A stretch of DNA of 64,000 nucleotides. Source: an uncultured Pseudomonadota bacterium (GTDB lineage Bacteria > Myxococcota_A > Polyangia > Fen-1088). Below the pieces are notes generated by a model. That model was not told the DNA's origin and did no database searches. It worked only from the letters and a program-made list of their open reading frames with translations. The stretch spans positions 2,265,554 through 2,329,553 of the forward strand of contig CAVZYM010000005.1 in assembly GCA_963779495.1 (NCBI GenBank), given 5' to 3'. The position numbers and the translations under genes were made by a program. Positions within the stretch are counted from its first letter, which is position 1, and every line of letters begins with the position of its first letter. This document shows positions 28,294 to 37,236 of the stretch, one piece after another.

Positions 28294-29183
28294 TGATCGC
28301 GCTCGCCCTCCTCGTGATGGGGACGGTTTCGCCCGGGCGGTCCGGCCCGGGCCACGTGGCTCCGATTGTGGGCGCACTGGAAGACGTGGAGGTAGCGGGC
28401 CGCGAGGAGGGCCACCTCGCCCGCCGGGTGAGGACGCTGTTCCGGTACGACGGCCACAAATGGATGGCCTACCCGCACCGTCCTCGGGACCAGCGAGAGC
28501 TCCGGGGCCTCGCAGGCAAGTTCCCGCCTTCGGTCTCCTGGACCATCTGCCATGATGGGAAGGCGCTGGGTGTCGTCGTGGGTCGCGCGAGCCGGCGATG
28601 GGGCTTCTACGGTCAAGTCGGCCTTCAGGAGCCGATTCCCGATTCAGTCGCGCCCAGCGTGGGCGAGCCGAGCCGGCGGTTTGCAGGGGACTCCGAGCTT
28701 CCCGTGCACCATCCGCTCGTGGCGACCACGGGACGGTGTCGGCTGGACGGATGGGCCTTGGTTCCTAGCCTGCCGAAGGAAGTTCAGGATCGCGTGATCG
28801 CCGCGCTCCCGGATCCGGGAGCGTCGCAGAGACGCGTCACCAGCTACGCTTGGCCCGCGTCGTACCGCGGCCCCGAGGGGAGTTGGATCGTCGAGGTCCA
28901 TCGTTCCGTGCCGCGTCTCACCGAACGCCGCGTGGTCTTCGTCGGCCCCGAGGGGACCACTGTGGCCGCCGGTGAGCCGGGCAGCCATGTCGGACTTTCG
29001 GATGACACGGGACCGCTGGCGCCCGGAAGAATCAGTCCTCAGTTGATCGTCGATATCGGCGACTGGAACGGTGATGGCAAGAGCGAGGTCTTGACGAAGT
29101 TCGAGCGGGATAACCTCGAGGGATACATCCTGCTCTCCAGCTCGGGCCAAGCGCTGGCGACCTTCGACTGGAACTATCACTAG
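28290..29183 (+). CDS. candidate cognate immunity protein (secreted, FG-GAP-like C-terminal motif)
   Basis: GTG 28290 or ATG 28293 overlaps the Rhs stop (GTGATGA). The N-terminus MMIALALLVMGTVSPG is hydrophobic. The C-terminus DIGDWNGDGKSEVL is an FG-GAP/VCBS-like Ca-binding motif. GC is as low as in the 3' part of the Rhs gene. Confidence 0.55.
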   Translation: MMIALALLVMGTVSPGRSGPGHVAPIVGALEDVEVAGREEGHLARRVRTLFRYDGHKWMAYPHRPRDQRELRGLAGKFPPSVSWTICHDGKALGVVVGRASRRWGFYGQVGLQEPIPDSVAPSVGEPSRRFAGDSELPVHHPLVATTGRCRLDGWALVPSLPKEVQDRVIAALPDPGASQRRVTSYAWPASYRGPEGSWIVEVHRSVPRLTERRVVFVGPEGTTVAAGEPGSHVGLSDDTGPLAPGRISPQLIVDIGDWNGDGKSEVLTKFERDNLEGYILLSSSGQALATFDWNYH

Positions 29184-29338
29184 GTCAGGCCGCTCGTCAC
29201 CGATTCTGCGCGCGGCCGCCTCCTCGACGTTACCGCTCCGGAACGCCTGCCCGACATTTTCGGGGTAATCGCCGTCAGGGCTCGCCTGGTACGCCTCGTG
29301 CTCAGCGTAGGTCGAACGCTGACTACGAAGGAGATCCC

Positions 29339-29650
29339 ATGACGACCCGCATGAAGACTTGGACCTATACGATGTTCGCCGCGCTGCTCTTCACCTTCGG
29401 CGCCGCGGCCGGCGCGGGCTGCGACGCGGTCGAAACCGCGTTCGACTGCGATCAGGTCTGCGCGCGTTACCAGAACTGCTTCGATGGCGACTACGACGTC
29501 GGTGCCTGTCGCAGCCGGTGCCGCGATCGCGCGGCCAACGACGACAGCGTCCGGCAGGCCGCCGACACCTGTGAGGACTGCATCGACGACATGTCCTGCG
29601 CCTCGGCGACGTTCAACTGCGGCGCCAGCTGCAGCAACATCGTTCCGTAA
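29339..29650 (+). CDS. small Cys-rich lipoprotein
   Basis: GAAGGAG lies 6 nt before the ATG. MKTWTYTMFAALLFTFGAAAGAGC has a lipobox. There are 11 Cys in 103 aa. Confidence 0.6.
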   Translation: MTTRMKTWTYTMFAALLFTFGAAAGAGCDAVETAFDCDQVCARYQNCFDGDYDVGACRSRCRDRAANDDSVRQAADTCEDCIDDMSCASATFNCGASCSNIVP

Positions 29651-29665
29651 CGGGGTCGGCGCCCG

Positions 29666-32659
29666 TCAGCGCGGCGCAGGCGGTTTGCCGGGCGCCGCCG
29701 CCGGCGGCTTTCCCGCTGCACCCGGCACAAGCGGCTTCGCTCCCGGCGCGGCCGCCCCCGGCCGCATCGGCCCGGCGCCCTTGCCGGCGCCCGGGCCGAT
29801 GCCCTTGGCCGCGTCGTCCGCCTGCACCTCTTCCATCGTCGTGCGCAGCGTGCCGCCGGTGTCGTCGGGCTTCACGCCGGGGGGGCGCGACCAGGGGACC
29901 GGTTGCAGCGGCTGGCCGGCGGTGACCTCGCTGATGTAGCGGGCGAACATCGGCACCGTCAGCATGAAGGCGGCGTCCTTGTGGCCCAGCGGGCGCTCGC
30001 GCAGGTCGTCGCCGATCCAGGTCGATGTCATCCAGCGCGAGGTGTAGCCGATGAACCAGGTGTCCATCGTCGCGCTGGACGTGCCGGTCTTGCCCGGCCG
30101 CCGGGATGCCGGCGCTGCGGATCGCGGGGGCGTGGCCGCGCGTCACCACGTGGCGCAGCAGCGTCGACGTCAGCCAGGCGGTGCGCGGCGGGATGACCGG
30201 CTTCGGCTTGCTGCCGGTCAACGACCACCAGGCGATCGAGCCGCTCGCCCTGGCGTCCCGAAGGGATCGCCTGGCACCGTGTTGTCCTCCAGATCACGAC
30301 GCCGGTGCGGTCGCGCACGCGGCGGATGTAGACCGGGTCGATCAGCACGCCGTTGCGGGCGAAGGCCGAGAACGAGCGGGTCAGCTCGTCGATGCGCGTG
30401 CACGACGCGCCCAGCGCCAGCGCCTGGTCGGGGATGATCTGGGTGGTGATCCCCAGCCGCCGCGCCCAGGCCTCGACCTCGCTTGCCGCCCACCAGCTTG
30501 AACAGCTGCACCGACGGGACGTTCTTCGACCAGATCAGCGCGTACTCCAGCGTCACCTGGTACTCGACGGTGTTGTTCAGGTTGGTGGGCGTCCAGACCT
30601 CGCCCGTGATCGGATCGACCTCGGCGCGCGGGACGTCGTTCAGCAGCGAGTCGAAGCCGTAGCCCTTGTCCAGCGCCAGCGAGTAGTACATCGGCTTGTA
30701 GACCGACCCGGGCTGGCGGCAGGCCTGCGAGCACGCGGTTGAACTCCGAGCGGTCGTAGTCGTCGCCGCCGACCATCGCCACCACGTAGCCGGTGCCGTG
30801 GTCGTAGCTGAAGATCGCCCCCTGCACGCGCGGCGTCTGCTCCAGCGTCAGCGTGATCGCCTGGCGCTTGGCGTGGTGGGCGCTCGCGGTGCGCCCGGCT
30901 TCTTCGGGGCCGCCTCGTCGAAGGCCGGCAGCCACTGCACCTCGTTCTTGGCGTCGTAGGTCCAGTCGGAGAAGCGGCGCCGCTTCGTCTGGTGGCGCGT
31001 TCTTCACCCAGATCGACGTCGCCGACGCGGAGCACGCCGACCGCCGTGTCGAGCAGGCGGCCGTTGGTGGAGTCCTTGGCGCTGTAGGGGACCGCCCAGA
31101 GCATCGTGCTCGGGCGGAATCACGTAGGCGTGCGTGCCGACGCGCACCTTCGCGCCGCCGGTCGGCGAGCACGGCCTCGACCAGGCCCAGGTAGAGGCGC
31201 CCCTCGACCGGCGGGTCGTTCGCCGTAGCGGGCGGCGGCGCGGCGGCGGAACTCGTCGGCGGCGGCGCCCCGTCAGGCGCGCCACCGGACCGCGCCAGCC
31301 CTGGCGCTTGTCCAGCTTGCGCAGCGAGAAGTCGACGTTCTCCTGGCCGGCGATGTCGATCCAGGGGACGACCGTGGTCTCGATCGTCATCCCCGCCTCG
31401 ACAGCGTCTTGTCGCCGTAGCGGCGGGCGATGTCGCGGCGCACGTGCTCGGTGAAGTAGGGGGTGGTGCTCGCGGAAGAAGTCGGGGCGCTGGCGGACGA
31501 CCACGGGGCGGGCGCGCCAGCGGTTGGCCTCGTCGTCGGTCAGCATGTCCGTCGCCACCATCGCCGCCAGCACCTGATCGCGGCGGGCCCGCGCCGCCTC
31601 CAGGTTCGTCAGCGGCGAGAAGCGCGAGGGCGCGCGGGCGAGGCCCGCGAGCAGCGCCATCTCGCCCAGGTCCAGCTCGCCGACCGGCTTGTCGAAGTAG
31701 CGGCGGGCGGCCGCCGCCACGCCGTAGGCGCCGTGGCCGAGGAAGATCTGGTTCAGGTAGAGCGTCAGGATGTCGTGCTTCGGAAAGCGCGACTCCAGAC
31801 GCCGCGCCAGGATCGCCTCGCGGATCTTGCGCTGGATCGTCCGCTCCGACGTCAGGAACGACTTCGCCACCTGCTGGGTGATCGTCGAGCCGCCCTGCGC
31901 CACCTCGCCGGCGCGCAGGTTGGCCCCCAGCGCGCGCGCGATGCCGCGGTAGTCGAGGCCGCCGTGCTCGTAGAAGCGGCGATCCTCGGCCGAGATGAAC
32001 GCCTGCACCAGCTGGGGCGGGAACTGGTCGAACGACAGGATCTCGCGCCGCTCGTTGGCCAGCTCGGCCAGCGGCGTGCCGTCCCAGCCGCGCACGACCG
32101 TCGTGGTGGCGGCGACCTTGTGATAGGTCGCGATGTCGGGCAGCGCCGGCAGCGTGGTCGCGAAGTGCAGGTAGGTGAAGAAGCCGGCGATCCCCAGGAT
32201 GCCCAGCACGCAGAGCAGACCGAAGGCGTAGAACTTCAGCAGCCAGTGGATGAAGCCGCCGTCGGACGGGTTCATCACCTCGACGACGGGCGGGCCGCCG
32301 CCGGGCGGGCCCCCGCCGGACGGGCCGCCGCCCGACGGGCTGGGAGGCGGTGTCGGCAGTTCCGGAGGCGGTGTCAGCGTCTCCGGAGGTGGTGTCGCCA
32401 TTGCGGGAGGCGGTGTCGGCAGCTCCGGCGGCGGCGTCGGCAGCTCTGGCGGCGGTGTCGGCGGGTCCGCGGGCGTCATCGTCGCCGGGCTCGCCGGCGT
32501 CGCCGGGCGCGGCGGTGTCGGCAGGCCCGGCAGGGTCGCCAGGCGCGGCCGTGGCGCCGGGCGCGGCGGTGTCGCCGGTGGAGACGGCGTCGCCGGGGAA
32601 GTCGGAGGTGGGGGGAGCCGCACGTCGCCGGGCGGTGGGGGCGGCGGCTTCTGCGCCAT
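29666..32659 (-). pseudogene. mrcA: penicillin-binding protein 1A (transglycosylase/transpeptidase), frame broken at least seven times (possibly an artefact)
   Basis: After a Pro-rich N-terminus and a TM segment come FISAEDRRFYEHGGLD, GGSTITQQVAK and RKIREAILARRLE (the GT51 domain). The transpeptidase part is scattered over three frames: GAIFSYDHGTGYVVAMVGG, PGSVYKPMYYSLALDKG, LEYALIWSKNVPSV, TGTSSATMDTWFIGYTS. One compensated pair is near 31395/31465, where the alternative frame reads TTPYFTEHVRRDIARRYGDKTL. Confidence 0.8.
32344..32469. repeat. 6 x 21-nt tandem repeat encoding the (E/T)LPTPPP heptads of the PBP1A N-terminus
   Basis: Units ggaggcggtgtcggcagttcc / ggaggcggtgtcagcgtctcc / ... 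read directly from the sequence. Confidence 0.8.
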
Positions 32660-32731
32660 TTCTCAGTGAAAAGTAACACGGCTCGTGGTCCCATCACGCC
32701 GTGGATCTGTTCGATCGTCGTCCCGCTGAGG

Positions 32732-34937
32732 TTGCGCGACGACCCCGACCAGACGCTCGCCGGCACGGTCGAGCGCATCGTCTACTCGGGCGGCGACGGC
32801 GAGTTCACGGTGGCGCGGCTGGAGCTGGAGCAGGGCGGGGTGGTCACCGTCGTCGGCGGGCTGGCCGGCGTTCCGGCGGGCGCCGTGCTGCGGGTGACCG
32901 GGAAGTACGAGACCACCGCGCGCTTCGGCGAGCAGTTTCGCATCGCCCGTTACACCGAGGTCGCGCCGCAGACGCTCGACGGCATGCGCCGCTATCTCGG
33001 CTCGGGGATGATCAAGGGGATCGGCCCCGAGTTCGCGGCCCGCATCGTCGACCGTTTCGGGATCGAGACCCTGGAGATCCTGGATCGCGATCCGGGGCGC
33101 ATCAGCGAGGTGGCCGGGATCGGCCCCACGCGCGCGCGCGCGATCCGCAGCGCCTGGAGCGCGCAGCGCGAGGTGCGCAAGGTGATGGTCTTCCTGCAGG
33201 GCTACGGCGTCTCGCCGGCCTTCGCGGCCCGCATCTACAAGCGCTACGGCGCGGCGGCGATCGCGCGCGTGCGCGAGAACCCCTACCGGCTGGCCTTCGA
33301 CATCTGGGGGATCGGGTTCCTGTCGGCCGACCGGCTGGCGGCCGCGCTGGGGATCGCGCGCGACGCGCCCGAGCGCGCCGAGGCGGGCGTCCGCCACGTG
33401 CTCGACGAGGAGGCGGGGAACGGCCACGTCTTCGTGCCGCGCGCCCGGCTCGTGCGCATCGCGGCGGCGATGCTCGACCAGCCCGAGGCGGCGGTGACGG
33501 CGGCGATCGAGCGGCTGGCGCGCGCGGGCGACGTCGCGATCGACGCGTCGGTCGTCGAGGACGCGGGCGACGCCGCCACCTACGAGGTCAGCCTCTACCG
33601 CGCCGAGACGGCGCTGGCCGCGGGGCTGAAGATGCTGCTGGCCACCGCCGCGCCCGCCCGGCCGCCGCGATCGACGAGGCGCGCGCCCTCGCCTGGTACG
33701 AGCGCAGCGCCGGCATCACGCTGGCGCGGCAGCAGGCCGAGGCGGTCAGGCTGGCGCTCACGGCCAAGGTCGCGGTGATCACCGGCGGTCCCGGCGTCGG
33801 CAAGACCACGATCGTGCGCGGCATCGTGTCCATCCTTGCCCAGGCTCAGGGCAAGCAGAACGTCACCGTCGCGCTGGCGGCCCCGACCGGGCGCGCGGCC
33901 AAGCGGCTCGCCGACGCGACCGGCGCGCCCGCCTCGACCTTGCACCGCCTCCTCGAGTGGCGTCCCGCCGACGGCACGTTCGGCCGCGGCCCCGAGCGCC
34001 GGCTGGAGGCCGACGTCCTGATCGTCGACGAGGCGTCGATGCTCGACGTGCGGCTGGCTGCCGGGCTGGTGGCGGCGCTGCTGCCGTCGGCGCGGCTGGT
34101 GCTGGTCGGCGACGTCGATCAGCTTCCGTCGGTCGGCCCCGGCACCGTGCTGCGGCGACGTGATCGACAGCGGCGCCGTGCCGACGGTCCGGCTGACCGA
34201 GATCTTCCGCCAGGCGGCCGAGAGCCTGATCGTCGTCAACGCCCACCGGATCCACGACGGCGAGGAGCCCGAGCTGCGCTCGCCCGCGGCCGGCGGTCGG
34301 CGAGGACAAGCGCGACTTCTTCTTCCTCGAGGAGCCCGACCCCGCCAAGGCGGCGCTGCTGATCCGCGATCTGGTCGCGACCCGGCTGCCGCGGCGCTAC
34401 GGTTTCTCCGCGCACGACGTGCAGGTCCTGACGCCGATGCACCGGGGCGATCTCGGGGCCGGCAACCTGAACCAGCTCCTGCAGGCGGCGCTGACCGAGG
34501 GGGCCCCTGCGATCCAGCGCGGCAGCCGCGTGCTCCGCGTCGGCGACAAGGTGATGCAGGTGCGCAACGACTACGACAAGGAGGTCTGGAACGGCGACAG
34601 CGGGATCATCGACCGGATCGACGGCGACGGCGAGACCGTCCACGTCCGCTTCGACGACCGGACGATCGAATACGACCTCGACGAGACCGACGCGCTGGTG
34701 CTCGCCTACGCGGCGACCGTCCACAAGTCGCAGGGCTCCGAGTACCCCGCCGTCGTCGTGCCGGTCCACACCCAGCACTTCGTGATGCTGCAGCGCAACC
34801 TGCTCTACACCGCCGTCACCCGCGGCAAGCGCCTGGTCGTCCTGGTCGGCACCCGCAAGGCCCTGGCCCTCGCGGTCCGCAACGCCGACGTGGCCGCCCG
34901 CTGCTCGGGGCTGGCGCGGCGCCTTCCGGCACGGTGA
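32732..34937 (+). pseudogene. recD2: RecD2-type ATP-dependent helicase, three frameshifts (possibly an artefact)
   Basis: GTVERIVYSGGDGEFTVARLE (OB-like N-terminus), MIKGIGPEFAARIV (HhH), VITGGPGVGKTT, LIVDEASMLD, VGDVDQLPSVGPG, IFRQAAESLIVVNAHRI and AYAATVHKSQGSEYPAVV. The frame changes near 33660, 34152 and 34295. The start is uncertain (TTG 32732 or GTG 32666). Confidence 0.75.
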
Positions 34938-34966
34938 ACGCGGGAATGCGAAGACGGGAGGCCGAG

Positions 34967-35233
34967 ATGAAAACGAACTACGACTTCACGAACGCGATCC
35001 GAAATCCCTACGCGAGGTGGTTGACGAAACCGGTGACGATCCGGTTGGACGAGGAGACCATCAGCTACTTTCAGGGGCTCTCCCGCGAGATGTCTCTGCC
35101 GTATCAGACGCTCATGAACATGTACTTGCGAGACTGCGCCGAGACTCGAAAACGACCTCACTGGGCTGCGGCCAAGACACCAGACCGCGCACGTAAGCCG
35201 CTCCGGAAGGCCGCTTCTGGCGGACGTCGCTAG
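34967..35233 (+). CDS. BrnA-like (CopG/RHH family) antitoxin, no adjacent toxin gene
   Basis: GGGAGG lies before the ATG. NAIRNPYARWLTKPVTIRLDEETISYFQGLSREMSLPYQTLMNMYLRDCA matches the BrnA pattern (NPYAK..K..ITIRLD..vi.yFK...e..g.pYQTLIN.yLR.ca). GC is lower than in the flanks. Confidence 0.6.
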   Translation: MKTNYDFTNAIRNPYARWLTKPVTIRLDEETISYFQGLSREMSLPYQTLMNMYLRDCAETRKRPHWAAAKTPDRARKPLRKAASGGRR

Positions 35234-35294
35234 TCCCCCCGCCTGGTTGCGAAGAGCCTCCAGCACAGCCGCGTCGAGGTGCTAGGCTTCGACC

Positions 35295-36077
35295 ATGAAG
35301 ACGGCGTTCAGGACCTCCAACCCGGTTTTCTCCTCGAAGTCGTTCGGTGGGTTTGTCGGCACGGAGGCGCGTGGCGCCCAGCCGATGGGCGACACCCGCG
35401 TGATGACCATACGGGGGACCGTCGATCGAACGGCGATCCTGCTGGCGGTGCTGGTGGCGACGGCGATCATCCCCTGGCGGATCGCCTTCGGCGGCGGCGA
35501 TCCCGCCGCGCTGATGCCGTTTCTGGGGCTCGGCCTCATCGGCGGGTTCGTGCTGGCGCTGGTCACCGTGTTCAAGAAGAACTGGGCGCCCGTCACCGCG
35601 CCGCTCTACGCGGCCTGCGAGGGGCTGGTGCTGGGGGGCGTCTCGGCGCTGTACGAGTCGCGCTACCAGGGGATCGTGATTCAGGCCGTCGGACTGACGC
35701 TGGGGACGCTGGCCGTCCTGCTGGTCGCCTACAAGACCCGCGTGATTCGCGCGACCGAGCGCTTCAAGACCGGCGTCATCGCCGCGACCTGCGCGATCGC
35801 TCTGATGTACATGCTGTCGTGGGTGCTGGGGATGTTCGGCGTCAACATCGGCTTCATCCACTCGACCGGGCTCCTCGGGATCGGGATCAGCCTCGTGATC
35901 GTCGGCGTCGCGGCGCTCAACCTGATCCTCGACTTCGACCTCATCGAGCAGGCCTCGAAGCAGGGGGCGCCGAAGTACATGGAGTGGTACGGCGGCTTCG
36001 GCATCCTGGTGACGCTGGTCTGGCTGTACCTCGAGATCCTGCGCCTGCTGTCGCTGCTGAACCGCCGCCGCGACTGA
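35295..36077 (+). CDS. Bax inhibitor-1/YccA family membrane protein
   Basis: MKTAFRTSNPVFSSKSF, about seven TM segments, and a C-terminal GAPKYMEWYGGFGILVTLVWLYLEILRLLS typical of this family. Confidence 0.8.
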   Translation: MKTAFRTSNPVFSSKSFGGFVGTEARGAQPMGDTRVMTIRGTVDRTAILLAVLVATAIIPWRIAFGGGDPAALMPFLGLGLIGGFVLALVTVFKKNWAPVTAPLYAACEGLVLGGVSALYESRYQGIVIQAVGLTLGTLAVLLVAYKTRVIRATERFKTGVIAATCAIALMYMLSWVLGMFGVNIGFIHSTGLLGIGISLVIVGVAALNLILDFDLIEQASKQGAPKYMEWYGGFGILVTLVWLYLEILRLLSLLNRRRD

Positions 36078-36078
36078 A

Positions 36079-37236
36079 TCAGAGCGCGCGCATGGTCGTC
36101 GGCTGGGCCGCGCCGAGCGGCGTGGCGACGACCTGAAACAGGTTGTGCTGCCGGGTGCGGAAGTAGGCGGCGCTGATCAGCAGGTAGTACTTCCAGGCGC
36201 GGTAGAAGCGCTCGCCGTACTTCTCGCGCAGGCTGGGCCACGCGTCGTTGAAGTTCTGCCACCAGGCCATCAGCGTCCGGTCGTAGTGGGGGCCGATGTT
36301 CTGCACGTCCTCGGGGACCAGGATCCCCTCCATCGAGCTCGTCAGCTGGCCCAGCGACGGGATGGCGGCGTTCGGGAAGATGTATTTCTCGAACCAGGGA
36401 TCGATCTGGGTCTGGGCGTAGGCGCCGCCGATGGTGTGGATGAACGCCACCCCGCCCGGCACCAGACAGCGCACCGCCTGCTGCATGTAGGCGCGGTGGT
36501 TCTTGGGGCCGACGTGCTCCATGAGGCCGATCGAGACGACGGCGTCGTAGCTGCCGCTCGCGTTGCGGTAGTCGTCGTGGCGGATGTCGATCGGCAGGTG
36601 GGCGTAGTGCTGCTTGGCCCAGGCCACCTGCTCGCGCGACACCGTGTAGCCGACGACGGTGGCGCCATAGTGCTCGGCGGCGAACGAGGCGAAGCCGGCC
36701 CAGCCGCAGCCGAGGTCGAGCACCCGCATCCCCGACCGCAGGCCGATCTTGCGGCAGACCAGATCCAGCTTCGCCTCCTGCGCAGCGTCCAGCGTGTCGG
36801 CGCTGTGCCAGTAGGCGCAGGTGTAGACCATGCGGCGGCCCAGCATCTTCTCGTAGAGATCGTTGCCGACGTCGTAGTGCTTCTCGCCGACCTCGAACGC
36901 GCGCGCGGCCTGGCGGTTGAACAGGCGCGCCTTCACCAGCTGCATCCCCAGCACCAGGCTCTTCCCCAGCACGTCCTGGACGCGCGCGCGCACGAGCTTG
37001 TCGATCATCACATCCAGCGCGTCGCAGTCCCACCAGCCGTCGGTGAAGCTCTCGCCGATCGCCAGGCTCCCCCCGCGCAGGATCCGCTGATAGAGGCGCG
37101 CATCGTTGATGCGCATGTCCCAGGGGGCGTCGCCGCCGACGGTGATGCCGGCAGTGGCGAGCGCGTCGCGAATGATCTCGGCGGCGCGCCGATCGTCGAG
37201 CGCGGTGACGAGATTTCGGGCGACTTTGATCATCAT
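36079..37236 (-). CDS. cfa: cyclopropane-fatty-acyl-phospholipid synthase family methyltransferase
   Basis: HYDVGNDLYEKMLGRRMVYTCAYW, VLDLGCGWAGFASFAAEHYG, SIGLMEHVGPKN and FRAWKYYLLISAAYFR. GGAGG lies before the ATGATG at 37236. Confidence 0.85.
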   Translation of the reverse strand: MMIKVARNLVTALDDRRAAEIIRDALATAGITVGGDAPWDMRINDARLYQRILRGGSLAIGESFTDGWWDCDALDVMIDKLVRARVQDVLGKSLVLGMQLVKARLFNRQAARAFEVGEKHYDVGNDLYEKMLGRRMVYTCAYWHSADTLDAAQEAKLDLVCRKIGLRSGMRVLDLGCGWAGFASFAAEHYGATVVGYTVSREQVAWAKQHYAHLPIDIRHDDYRNASGSYDAVVSIGLMEHVGPKNHRAYMQQAVRCLVPGGVAFIHTIGGAYAQTQIDPWFEKYIFPNAAIPSLGQLTSSMEGILVPEDVQNIGPHYDRTLMAWWQNFNDAWPSLREKYGERFYRAWKYYLLISAAYFRTRQHNLFQVVATPLGAAQPTTMRAL

